Positions 29,349 to 42,849 of a stretch of 64,000 bases of DNA are shown here, in pieces. Position 1 is the stretch's first letter; each line of letters opens with the position of its first letter. The stretch spans positions 30,442,001 through 30,506,000 of the forward strand of contig NC_043012.1 in assembly GCF_006345805.1 (NCBI RefSeq), written 5' to 3'. Under the pieces are notes generated by a model. That model saw only the letters and a list, made by a program, of their open reading frames with translations, was not told where the DNA came from and made no database searches. This DNA comes from Octopus sinensis (lineage: Eukaryota). Both the position numbers and the translations under genes were made by a program.

Positions 29349-31006
29349 GCATATATATATATATATGCACAAGCATATATATATATATGTACACGCATAT
29401 ATATAGGCATGTATATATATGCATGTATATATGCAAATATACAAGTGTGTGTATGTGCGCTTGTGTACACAAATATTTTCATATGCACGTTTCATAAAGT
29501 TACGTATAATCTTTCTGGGAAAATAGATTTCGCTGTTAAAACAGTATGTTCTCTCTGCAGAATGAAAGGAAACACACGTAAACACATACACTCACACACA
29601 CACACACACACACACACGCGCGCGTACATACAGCAAAATTTATGAACATATCAATTCTGAATTTACCTGTTCAGGTAATGTGAAGTTCATTTGGAATGAA
29701 GTATAAAAAATGTGTGTGGGATGTTCGAGAATTGATCTGAAACCATTCAATGAAAACTATACGCATGCACGCGCGCGCATTTACAGTTTCGCCTCAAATT
29801 CACATTTTTGAAGCCATTACTTAGGGTTCTGTGGGTGTGAATTAACACGCGGATTTGCTTGCACACATGCATTCACACATATATATACATATAAACGTGC
29901 ACCTACACTCACGCACACCCACACATGTATAGAGACATTTGTATTAAATACTGATTTTCTACTTTCACATAAATTACCATGAGTAATGATTCGTTTTAGG
30001 GCAAACATAAAGCATATCATATACATGTGTGTGTGTGTTTACATCTCCATACATACATGTAGATGAGGAGGGAGTTAGACAAACGGTAACAGGCGTAAGA
30101 AATGTACATGAAAAGTTGCACATAAACCAAGTCTATTCTTATCATGTGTTTCGCGCGATCGAAACAGACGTTAAGAATGTTGTAAGAATGCGTTGTATGT
30201 AAGCAAGTGCAATACTAAAGCAATATTGCAATGTAGGAACTAGAGTATCCAGTATTTCGGATTTTGATAGCCGTGTGCCGTAGATTCAGGATATATCTTT
30301 TGTGAGTATATGTGTATGTATGTACACACACACGCATAGATATACGCATATATATACATACATACATACATACATACATACGTATATATGCATTTTGTAT
30401 ATACCATATATAAATGGCAATTTCTGTCTTTCTGTCTGTTACCATCTTGCTGCCTAAACCAGTGTTAAACTAATATCCGGTTCAATAATGGGCTAATTGG
30501 AGATCAATAAAAATCTGTGTTCCCTAGAGAGGTTGGGCGAATTACAGGATAGAATGACAAGGATGCAAAGAGTATTAGTGTGTAGTAGCAGAGTGAGTGT
30601 GACTGATATCAAGGAAGGGGAGGACAGCGTTGTGTATGCGACAAATATGGAGTGGCAGTGGGATGTTTACGTTAATATAGCTGTTATATATACACGTGGT
30701 GTTGCATACATACTTTCGTAAATACATAGATACATGCATACACACTCACACATGCACACACTTGCACATACACACACATACACACATGCACATAAGTAAC
30801 TTTTTAAACGTCGACGAAGAAGAAAAGTGGGTGTGAGGAATACGTAGCTTTGGGGAGAAAGAGGGTAAGTGGTTTATGGTCCATCGCAAACACACACACA
30901 TACACACACACACACAACAATTACACACACACACACACACAACAACACACACACACACACACACACCACACACACACACAACACACACACCACACACACA
31001 CACACA

Positions 31007-31041
<35 letters not shown>

Positions 31042-31323
31042 CATAATCTACTATATACCATTTTAAACTTGTGATTATCTATGTGTATATTTGTAAATGT
31101 GTGTGTGTGACGTCCTATAAGATTTTAAAATTACGTCAAAATTTCCAAATAGGTCATGTGAAAAACTACAACGACGTTTTTTTGCGAAAAATTGCACAAA
31201 TCTGTCCTGATCAAGAGGTCTATCTGTCGAGGAGTGGGGGTATACTCTGACATGGAATAACGCAAAAATTATATAAGGAATTCTACTGTAAAAATTGCCT
31301 GGCAACGACGGGATATTCAGCTA

Positions 31324-31363
<40 letters not shown>

Positions 31364-31371
31364 TTGTGTGT

Positions 31372-31411
<40 letters not shown>

Positions 31412-32113
31412 TAAATTTCTCTTTGGGACCTAAACAAAGATCTTCGCGGATCTTTATGGGTGGTCTCGAACCATAAACCCCTACAAAAGGAGAAGGAAAA
31501 CTCTTATCACTAAAACTGTCGCATGGCTGAAACGGTCCGTTGGAAACGGCTTTGTACTATTATCGGTCTATATAGGACAGGCCTGATATACAACACTTCG
31601 TATGCGATCTGACGTTGACACTTCTGCACCTGTACAGGGAATGAACTAGTGTCTATCACAAACGTTTGAGCAGGTTGCTCAGTGTCCTCAATATAAAGAC
31701 AGAAGGAGATGAGCGAAGGAGACAGGCAGGCAAAGAAAACCAGAGAGAAAGAGCTAGACAGGGAATGAGGGAGAAGAACAAAAGAAAGAGTGAGAAAGAG
31801 GGTGAGAAGAGAGAGCACAAGATTCACCGGAATACCTGAAACTTCTGTAATTTAAGTACTTCTGCTAATTTGCTTGGGAGTCCTCACCTGTGAAAATTCA
31901 GATAGAGACCAGAAAAGATATGTTGATTAATTTAAAAAGATGCAAAAAAAGAAAGAATTGAGATGCAGCAATACTCTCCGATTCCCAGAGAAACTTTCAG
32001 CCTAAATTATAAGACGGATTTAACACTGGAAGCCATCCAGATTTGCATTTAATGCGTTTGTCGATATATGCATGAATATAAATACCTGTTATATATAGGC
32101 AGTGTGTGTATAG

Positions 32114-32192
<79 letters not shown>

Positions 32193-32279
32193 TATATACA
32201 TTTACGTATATATATACGTAAATGTCGAACGATAAATGAGTGCTCAACACAGCATGTATGTATATATATATGTCTTCTT

Positions 32280-32600
32280 TTATTTGTTTCAGTCATTTGA
32301 TTGCGGCCATGCCGGAGCACCCCCCTTTTAGTCGAGCAAATCGACCCCAGAACTTGTTCCTTGTAAGCCCAGTAATTATTGTATCGGTCTCTTTTTGCCG
32401 AACCGCTAAGTTGCGGGGACGTAAACACACCAGCATCGGTTGTCATGCGATGTTGGGGGGACAAACACAGACACAAACACCCACACGTATGCATATACAT
32501 ATACACATATATATATATTTATATATACGATGGGCTTCTTTCAATTTCCGTCTAGCAACTCCACTCACAAATCTTTGGTCGGCTCGAAGCTATAGTAGAA
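32280..32600 (-). mobile_element. SINE, same family as 25640-26050
   Basis: Shared blocks GCGGCCATGC.GG.GCAC, CGAACCGCTAAGTT and CTTCTTTCA.TTTCCGTCTA. Confidence 0.65.
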
Positions 32601-32604
32601 GTGC

Positions 32605-32647
<43 letters not shown>

Positions 32648-33149
32648 ACATCCACATTTATTCACTCAAACATAGACTCATGTAAATTCTCAATATATAC
32701 AAGCATGTGATTGTGTGTGTGTGTGGTGTGTGTGTGTGTGTGTGTGTGAGTGTGTGTGTGTGTGTATGTGTGTGTGTGTGTGTGTGTATGTTTGTGTGCA
32801 TGTACGTCTTAAAACACTCAGATACATAAATTACGGTAATCCACCTTCAGCTGTTCACAGCTGTATCTTGGGGTGACTGAGTGTCTTTTGGTCGCTTAGT
32901 TATGACGCCTCAACAAACCGCTACCAACACACAGCTCCTCACATACACACACACACATGTACATATACATGCACATATGTACATTTATATACATATGTGT
33001 GCGTGTGTATATATTTATATATATATATGTATATATATGTATACACACACACACATACAACGTATATGCATATACATTCATTTCATACACAAATATGTTA
33101 AGACACAGATAGAAAAGATAAATGAATATATATATATATAATATATATA

Positions 33150-33194
<45 letters not shown>

Positions 33195-34528
33195 TAATAA
33201 GTGTATGTGCGTATGTGTGCATGTATGTATGCAAACAGGGCAATAAATATATGGGTGGAGGTGTATATTAGGGGAGTGGAGAGGTGGGTGTATATATACA
33301 TCAATGGATACATGACTGGTGAGTCGGTGTAACGTGTAGATAGATGTGTCGATGTATATAGATGGTGAGATTACCAATACACACACACACACACGCACAC
33401 ACACTTCAACACACACACACATGTAGGTCAAGTACGGGTTAATAACATTGTGAATCAAAGCGTATTTTAAGTCAAATGAAATTACGATGGTGTTAATGAT
33501 ATTTCTTCTGAGCGAGCACAGGCGTAGAGCAGCGAAATTTTAATTAATAATTAATTGGAAGTTATGTACTAAGAAGCGAGTATTCTAATCAATTTATATT
33601 TCGTGAATTCTCTCCCGTGTTTTCCTTAACTAGAAATGTCATTACCACTAATTGCAGTGGTTCATTAGCAGCGGCATTTTTGGTTTAATTATATTGAATA
33701 TGTTAGTCTGTATTTAGATATATTTCCTCCATTCACAGAGTACACTGGTAATTATTAAAATTATGCTGTGTTAATAATATACACAGTACATGTGTGTGTG
33801 TGTGTTTGCCAGGATGGCAACGAAGGAAAACAAGATTCTGGCCATACACCAGAGTTACACTGAATTTACCCACCACAGACAGTTTTACAGCAGTGACACT
33901 TGGAACATTTGCTGCCGAAAAGCGGCACCAAGTCTTCTTTCGCCTACACAGCCAGAGAATGAGCGGATTCCGAGACACCAAGTTAGCTGAGTGAGTCACT
34001 AACTCGAGTCAAGATAACCAGTTCTGCGCTGTCTGGACCGTGAACACTGAATGCTAGAGTAGAAGATTGCTTAAGGCTTGCTGCAAGGTAAATGGGCCTC
34101 CGGTAGGAGACCTCGGATCTGAAACCATCTTTGATTTGAGAGATTATTGCTAGAGAGACACGAAACCTCTCTTCAGAAACGTCGAAAGTTGATGGTAATT
34201 GCTTCTATTCTGGCGACTGGAACTAGACAAAGATGAGAGAAGAGAATAAGGCTTGCTGCTGAACGCGCATCACATGACACCAGTCGGATGAACTGTCACT
34301 GCGGTATTGTGAGTTATATATATATTACGTGATTTTTCACATGGAATCATTTACATTCAATGCTGTTGGAAACGGTGTGGTACCGAAACAATTGTAACTG
34401 CTAGAAGGGACTACCGTTCACCCTACGTGGAGGTTGCGCTGTGCTGGCAAAGCTCTCGGGGTCACTGAAGCACACAAGCCACCACACCACAAGGACTGGA
34501 TATTAGGGTGGACACAGATGCACAACAC

Positions 34529-34567
<39 letters not shown>

Positions 34568-34666
34568 ACACACAAGCATATATTAAAGCTGAAAAAATCT
34601 TCATAAACCGTTAATCGGTTTCACTTTATTGCCCACCGGGCAGTTGTGGCCAGAGAGTATATTCAC

Positions 34667-34709
34667 AAATGTCCGACGAATGCTAACGTGAAATTCTGTG
34701 TAACAGTTT
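34667..34709 (+). ncRNA. Degenerate Type I hammerhead-like motif (CCGACGA core) within an old fold-back repeat 34582-34730
   Basis: AAATGT-CCGACGA-ATG(CTAA)CGT-GAAAT-TCTGT-GTA-ACAGTTT; same family as 49319-49365; helix III damaged. Confidence 0.5.
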
Positions 34710-35058
34710 GAGAAGACTTTTTCGGCTTTAATAACTAGCGTATTATTCTACCTTTGGTATTCGAGTACTATTCATCCCACGTTGTTCTGACATTTGCATG
34801 CTTACGTTGTGTGTGTGTGTGTGTGTGTATGTGTGTGTGTGTGTGTGTGTATGTGTGTGTGTGTAAATTGTATGTGAATTGAATATAGAAGACAGTTTAT
34901 ATACAAAACTATATAATACTTGTTATTTACTGGGCTCTCCCTCCCTTCCTTTTCTGTCACCACCTCTACCCAACCACCTCTCCGCATCTCAGCTACATAC
35001 TCTACCCCCTAACATATCTATACACACAACACAGACATATATATATATGTATATATGT

Positions 35059-35089
<31 letters not shown>

Positions 35090-35221
35090 TATATATATAT
35101 GTAATGTATATAATGTATATAATATATATGTATGTATTATATATATATATATATATATAAATATGTATGTATATATATTATATATATATAGATATATAAT
35201 ATATATATATATATATATGTA

Positions 35222-35786
35222 TTTGGTGAAATAGAAAGATGAATAATTGTGTTGCAGATAATCAAAAGTTTAACCGATACCTTGGTAGCAAAAATCACAG
35301 CAGAAGAAAGCACGGTTGGGAGGTACAGCCATATGGTGTGCAACCGTGCGTTGGTGCGGATAATTGAATTTTAATATTATTAGTGAAATGAAGAATGGAG
35401 TTGAACGAAGATTGAACAGAAATCCTTTTATTGCATTCTACACGTGTTCGAAAGCCACAATTTACCAAATTCCGATTGAATAAGGAGACCATATTGTGTC
35501 TTTCTTCAGGAAGAAATAGGAATTCGTTGGCAGAACAAAAACAGAACAGAGGCGCAGAAAAACAAATCGAACGAGGAGCTCCTAAGAGCCCATGGCCAAA
35601 CTGTTTATCTGTTCTGTTTTTGTTCAGCCAACGGAATTCCTATTTCTTCCTGAAGAGAAAGACACAATATGGTCTCCTTATTCAATCGGAATTTGGTAAA
35701 TTGTGGCTTTCGAAACACGTGTAGAATGCAATAAAAGGATTTCTGTTCAATCTTCGTTCAACTCCATTTCTTCAATTCACTATAAT

Positions 35787-35787
<1 letters not shown>
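35222..35787. mobile_element. (TA)n-flanked fold-back repeat (~175-bp inverted arms) carrying a hammerhead; Penelope-like pLTR derivative
   Basis: Arms 35375-35550 and 35608-35787 are near-perfect reverse complements, with a 57-nt spacer and (TA)n on both outer sides. Confidence 0.8.
35647..35726 (+). ncRNA. Type I hammerhead ribozyme motif with intact core
   Basis: TTC-CTGAAGA-GAAAGACACAAT...ATTGTGGCTTTC-GAAAC-ACGT-GTA|GAA. Helix II is 12 bp with one mismatch, helix III is palindromic (ACACGTGT), and helix I is TTC/GAA. Predicted cleavage after 35723. Confidence 0.8.
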
Positions 35788-35817
<30 letters not shown>

Positions 35818-35964
35818 TCTATATATATGTATGTATATATATATATGTATATATATATGTATGTATGTATGTAATATATATATATATATATATTATAATA
35901 TATATATAATATATATGTATGTATATATATATGTATATATTATATGTATATATATGTATGTATA

Positions 35965-36030
<66 letters not shown>

Positions 36031-36032
36031 GT

Positions 36033-36077
<45 letters not shown>

Positions 36078-36329
36078 ATAATATATATATAAGTATATAT
36101 ATATATATAGATATATATGAATATATATATATTCACACTCACGCGCACACAAACACCACCCATTACTAATGGTCTCTACACTGTTAAAAGTGGTGACGGT
36201 AGTGGCGGTGTGTGCGTGGGCGCGCTTATCTTTTGCATGTTAGAGTCACAGAACATAAGACCCCCACATAATACGAATGTACATTATACTGTGATGACAG
36301 ACAGGTGTGTCCCTGTTTGTTCTTTTATT

Positions 36330-36376
<47 letters not shown>

Positions 36377-36506
36377 GCATTTGTTTATTGCTTGTGTGCT
36401 GTTTGAAATAGTAACCGTATATTCATGAATCTATCATACTTCACGGTTGCTAAGCAGATGTATGCATATATACATATGATATATGTGTGTGAGTATATAT
36501 ATATAT

Positions 36507-36861
36507 ACTAGCAGTATCGCCCGGCGTTGCTTAGGTTTGTAAGGGAAATAACTATAAAGCATTTTTAGAGAGTTATAGCCAAAAAATAGCAAAAAAATGG
36601 AAAAAAATGATGGTAAATTTTTTTTTTAGTTAAAAAAGGTGGAGTTGCGTCCCCTAGACAATTTGCGGTTTGTGTTTCTAATTCTCGACCCCATGTCGAA
36701 TTTATCGATTTTTTTCAGAACTGGGGGAACTAACTGCGTTAGTTTTGAATTATGACATTGGGCTATGTGTGTGTCAAGTTTCATCAGAATCGGTTGAAAG
36801 CCGTGGTCAGGGTGAGGGTACAAGCAAACAGACACACAGAAACACACACAGACAAACTGCC

Positions 36862-36870
<9 letters not shown>
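36507..36870 (-). mobile_element. Non-autonomous Helitron-like repeat, copy 2
   Basis: ACTAGCAGTATCGCCCGGCGTTGC... is the reverse complement of the 3' end of 18035-18403; interiors are highly similar. Confidence 0.6.
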
Positions 36871-36896
<26 letters not shown>

Positions 36897-36929
36897 TATA
36901 TATGTGTGTGTAGTGTGTGGTGTGTGTAT

Positions 36930-38901
36930 GTAGATATATACCGGAAGACTTAAAAGCTTGCATACAAATTACAAAATACACACACGCATATGTACTAAGG
37001 AATCGTTGGCGAACTTCCAGTTTTCCGGCAACGTATAAATATGTACAAATATTATATGTATATGTAGGAGTATATAATGTATGTACAAGTATAAACATAT
37101 ACAACACACACACACACACGTACGTACACACACATAAATATACACACATACACACACACATATATATATGGTTGTGTGTTATGTGTGTACATATATATAC
37201 ATACGTAGACATACATAAAATTTTTAAATATAGTCTACTTATGCATTTCACATCCTATTGTATGTGATGCAAACATACCACACACATTCACACATAATAC
37301 ACACCACATCAAACATATATATATACACACAACATTCAAACATATATACCACACACACACATTAAAATGCAGAAAAATGTCCATTCTAAAATACTAACTC
37401 ACTCGGCGCTTAAATGTTTGTTTATAAAAATGTTAAATATTCTGATTGTATACATGCATACATACATACATACATACATGTGTGTGTGTAGTGTTGTATT
37501 TATATGCATGTATATGCATATAATATATATATATAATATATATATATATATATACGTGTGTGTGTGTATGTATATATATGTATAACATATATGTACATAT
37601 ATCTATAAACCTCTGTGTGTATGTATATAATCTAAAATATATATACACACACACATTCAAGCGCGAACGTGGCTGTATGATAAGAAGTTTCCTTCCCCAC
37701 CATACAGTTCTGGGTTCAGTCCCACAGCGTGGCAGCTTGGGCAAGTATCTTCTACTGTCGATCAAAACCTTGGCGGAAACCTGAAACTCCTCATATAGGT
37801 TGATGGTTTTTATTACTTAGCGTTATTTTTTCCGGCTCTTTACGTTCTGAGTTCAAATGCTGCCGGAGTCACTTTGTCATCATCTATCCGGGGTCGATAA
37901 AACAATATAAGAACCAGTGAAAGACTGGAAGAGTCAATGCAATCGACATCCTCCTTCACGAAAATTGCTTTCGTTCTGTGAAAATTAGAGGAAAAAAAAG
38001 TAAAATTCTATTTTTCCATCATCGTCGTCATCGTTGTTGCTGTTGTTGTTGTTGTTGTTGTTTGTTGTGTGTTGTTTTCATTGTATATCTTCTTCTCATC
38101 TATTTTGGCCAATCTTGTTGATCTTTCTCGACTCGTGATAATACCCGGATGTACTTATAGTGCTCTTCAAGATGATTATTTTTGTATGTGGACACACCCA
38201 TTGGTCATCTCGGTTACATGTATTATGCGGTGTTTGTGTGTATGTGTATATACTTGTATACTTACTTGTGTGCATGTGTCTCTGCGCCTGTCTGTATGTG
38301 TATTGATTGATACAAGTTTTAATAAATACAGTTTATACGTGTATATATGTGTGTGTGTGTGTTGTTGTGTGTATGTAGATATATACCGGAAGACTTAAAA
38401 GCTTGCATACAAATTACAAAATACACACACGCATATGTACTAAGGAATCGTTGGCGAACTTCCAGTTTTCCGGCAACGTATAAATATGTACAAATATTAT
38501 ATGTATATGTAGGAGTATATAATGTATGTACAAGTATAAACATATAACACACACACACACACGTACGTACACACACATAAATACACACATACACACACAC
38601 ATATATATATGGTGTGTGTGTATGTGTGTACATATATATACATACGTAGACATACATAAATATTTTAAATATAGTTCTACTTATGCATTTCACATCCTAT
38701 TGTATGTGATGCAAACATACACTCACACATTCAAACATATCTATACACACACACAATTAAAAATGCAGAAAAATGTCCATTTCAAAAACAACTCACTCGG
38801 CGCTTAAATGTTTGTTTATAAAAATGTTAAATATTCTGATTGTTACATGCATACATACATACATACATACATGTGTGTGTGTTGTATATTTATGTATATG
38901 C

Positions 38902-38948
<47 letters not shown>

Positions 38949-39201
38949 GTGTGTGGGTAGGTATATATATGTATAACATATATGTACATATATCTATAAC
39001 TCTGTGGTATGTATATATCTATAAATATATATACACACACACATTAAAAATGCATGAAAAAAAATGTCCATTTCTAAAATACTAACTCACTCGGCGCTTA
39101 AATGTTTGTTTATAAAAATGTTAAATATTCTGATTGTATACATGCATACATACATACATACATACATGTGTGTGTGTGTATGTATATTATATGCATGTAT
39201 A

Positions 39202-39246
<45 letters not shown>

Positions 39247-40040
39247 GTGTGTGTGTATGTATATATATGTATAACATATATGTACATATATCTATAAACC
39301 TCTGTGTGTATGTATATATCTATAAATATATATACACACACACATTCAAGGCGCGAACGTGGCTGTATGATAAGAAGTTTCCTTCCCCACCATACAGTTC
39401 TGGGTTCAGTCCCACAGCGTGGCAGCTTGGGCAAGTATCTTCTACTGTCGATCAAAACCTTGGGCGGAACCTGAAACTCCTCATATAGGTTGACTGGTTT
39501 TTATTACTTAGCGTTATTTTTTCCGGCTCTTTACGTTCTGAGTTCAAATGCTGCCGGAGTCACTTTGTCATTCATCTATCCGGGGTCGATAAAACAATAT
39601 AAGAACCAGTGAAAGACTGGAGTCAATGCAATCGACATCCTCCCTCACGAAAATTGCTTTCGTTCTGTGAAAATTAGAGGAAAAAAAAGTAAAATTCTAT
39701 TTTTCCATCATCGTCGTCATCGTTGTTGCTGTTGTTGTTGTTGTTGTTTGTTTGTTTGGTGTTGTTTTCATTGTATATCTTCTTCTCATCTATTTTGGCC
39801 AATCTTGTTGATCTTTCTCGACTCGTGATTAATACCCGGATGTACTTATTAGTGCTCTTCAAGATGATTATTTTTGTATGTGGACACACCCATTGGTCAT
39901 CTCGGTTACATGTATTATGCGGGTGTATGTGTATGTGTATATACTTGTATACTTACTTGTGTGCATGTGTCTCTGCGCCTGTCTGTATGTGTATTGATTG
40001 ATACAAGTTTTAATAAATACAGTTTATACGTGTATATATG
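36930..40040. repeat. Head-to-tail ~1.45-1.7-kb duplication with a further internal ~0.3-kb duplication
   Basis: GTAGATATATACCGGAAGACTTAAAAGC at 36930 and 38375; GTTTATACGT at 38331 and 40022; the block ACTCACTCGGCGCTTAAATG occurs three times (~37397, ~38790, ~39085). Confidence 0.9.
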
Positions 40041-40211
40041 TGTGTGTGTATATATAAATAAATGCAAATATGTGCTGATCTATGTATGTTTTGGAATAAA
40101 CACAAAAACGGTTGCTATGGTTTTTCTCGTAGTTGTTTTTCAGTGCTATTCTCTATCGCTCAAAACCTTGACACCGTTTTACAACAGTTTTCCCTTTTTT
40201 TTTTGCTCCAG

Positions 40212-40328
40212 AAAAACGTCCGACAGACCTGAGCACAGGCATGAAGTTCCAATGGGTTCTTTACAACATTACTTGCAGTGGAGGGATAATCGTGGCCATT
40301 TTATACTGGCTGGTCCTATATCATCCAG
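40212..40328 (+). CDS. rost: Rolling stone-like membrane protein, coding exon B (phase 1/1)
   Basis: Acceptor ttttttgctccag|AA and donor CCAG|gtaagc. The 117 nt give (E)KRPTDLSTGMKFQWVLYNITCSGGIIVAILYWLVLYHP(G), in frame with exons A and C. Confidence 0.9.
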
Positions 40329-40717
40329 GTAAGCATTCTTGCTCCTCTATTAAGTTATTCATATATTCTAAGTCTTTTTAATAACTATTATAATTCAAAA
40401 TCGGTCGAACGATAGGTGGAGGAAATGACTTGCGATACCTTGAATCTGAGTTCAAACCCAACCCAGTTCGAATTCGTTTTTTATTATTCTGGGGTCGTAA
40501 AAGTAAATACCCCTCACATTTTGGGTAAGTGGCATAAATAGACTATTCCTCCACCAATTTCTTTTCTTTCTTCTATCTTAAAAATCATTTATTTTCAGTT
40601 TGTAGTTTTGAACTGTTTTATTCCTTGGATGAATTTCTTTCGTCAATTTTTTTGCGCCATGTTTAATAAGGGTTTCTTATTCAGGCATGAGATCAACAAT
40701 ATCTATATAGAAAGAGT

Positions 40718-41810
40718 AGCGGCCATAATGTAAGGGTCAGTAAGAACAAGTGTATTGAAATAGTTATTATAGGAGATAAACAATATGTTGAGACTATAGA
40801 TATTTTACACACATTTAGATATATCTAATATCTATCTTTCATGAAAACTTCAAGTGAACGTAAGAAATATTTCGTAAGTTATGAGGAAATAAACAATCTT
40901 CCAAATTGCAGTGGCCAAAAGTTAAGGGTCACTTAGAAAAAATGAACTCCTAACCGAGGTATTTGTTGTTTAGAAGACTGTCCATGGGCGAACAGTTACT
41001 TTTTATGATCTTACATTATTGGAATATTCAACTGTTAACATGGCGACTTGTGAGAAACGTCTTGTGGCGAAAAACAAAGGATTCTGTGCCTTCACCAAGA
41101 GGGAAAGTCAAATTCTGTGATAGCATCTACTGTAGGAAGGTCCAGAAGTGTTGTGCAACGAATTATAGCTCGTTTTAAGTTACCAGGATCAACAGATACT
41201 AAATCCCAAACTGGTAGACTTCGTAATACTTCACAAAGGCAGGATTGTATTGTGCTTAAAATGCCACTAAAGGATAGGTTTAAGAGTGCTGCTAAGACAT
41301 CCCGCGAGTTTAGCTCCAATTCCGATGTCAACGTATCGCGCAAAATAGTTTCTCGGAGAAATTACGAGGTTCTGGGTTGCTTACTCGGGAACCGGCAAAG
41401 AAACCCCTGATCTCCAAGAAGAATTAAAAAATCTGTCTTCGTTTTGCTCACGAACATGTCGTTTGGACAGAAGAACAGTGGTTGCGATGAAACGAAGTTT
41501 AATGTAACTGGTTCCGATGGCGGGGTGTACGTCCGACGAGGAAGTGGCGAAAGATTATATCGTGCATGTGTGAAGAAACAGTGAAATATGGAGGAGGCAG
41601 TGTAATGGTATGGGGAGTGATCTCTGCTGCTGGACCTGGTCCACTTATTCGCCTACAAGTGATTGCCAATGCTGAAATCTACAAGCAGATTCTTAGACAG
41701 TACGCCCTTCCACATCTCCGATCCTCGTCAGTTCAACCTCCTATCTTCGTGCAGGACAACGCTCCCTGTCACACTGCAAAGAGAGTCGACGATTTCTTGA
41801 GTAGGGTAAA
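40718..41810 (+). mobile_element. Tc1-like transposon, left end plus frameshifted, 3'-truncated transposase
   Basis: ATG at 41040; fragments IASTVGRSRSVVQRII, DETKFNVTGSDG, VKYGGGSVMVWGVI and FVQDNAPCHTAK; imperfect 24-bp direct repeats at 40718-40741 and 40910-40933. Confidence 0.88.
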
Positions 41811-41994
41811 TAATAGAGAAGCCTTGAGGCTCAACCATTACCCAATCTCTGTCCAATGTTTGTTCATCTCTGTATATCACTGTCGTGATGAGGATGACTT
41901 GGAAGATCCTGTGGCCTCATGCTAGAAACGGCCGTAAGTGATTTGTATCTGTACACTCATCTGTTATTATTAATTCATCTCTCTCTTCTCTCTC

Positions 41995-42084
<90 letters not shown>

Positions 42085-42273
42085 TATATATATATCTTTT
42101 TACGTATTTATTGGCTGATCTCATTCGTTTACTTGTACCACTTAAAACACATGGTTGTTATCATTTAATAAATAGATATAATGGAATATCTACTGGCCGA
42201 TGTTTGGCGATTTTACATCCTCTCCTTTTTCTTATTTGCCTTGTATATTTATTTCTATATATGTATTGGTATG

Positions 42274-42319
<46 letters not shown>

Positions 42320-42326
42320 GTATATG

Positions 42327-42380
<54 letters not shown>

Positions 42381-42641
42381 TGTATGTATATGCACATATA
42401 CACACAGACACACACACATACATACACATATATATATATGCGCATATATATATACGTTATATATACATACATACATGTATATAGATACACACACGCACAT
42501 ATATATATATATATATATACAGAGATCATACATACAAACATATATACACATGCAAATGTATATGTTTGCATTTTAAAGTATATAACGTATATATGCATAA
42601 TCAATTATACGTCGGTATGAGTGTGCGTCGTATGTGTAAAT

Positions 42642-42709
<68 letters not shown>

Positions 42710-42722
42710 ATGCATATATATA

Positions 42723-42756
<34 letters not shown>

Positions 42757-42849
42757 TATCCATCTATCTTTTTCTCTTCCCTCTTTCTCTCTCTACTCAC
42801 ACACATATACGCACATATAAATATCTTGTTTCTTCTTTTGCTCCACCAG

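Noticed and set aside
33800-34310. Possible additional gene exons in higher-complexity sequence
   Set aside because: All frames are interrupted; faint resemblance to a decayed RTE 3' end, too weak to annotate.
34365-34402. GGT(GTGGT)ACC-GAAAC-AATT-GTA with the same helix III as the 490-bp family
   Set aside because: No recognisable CUGANGA upstream; at best a decayed relic.
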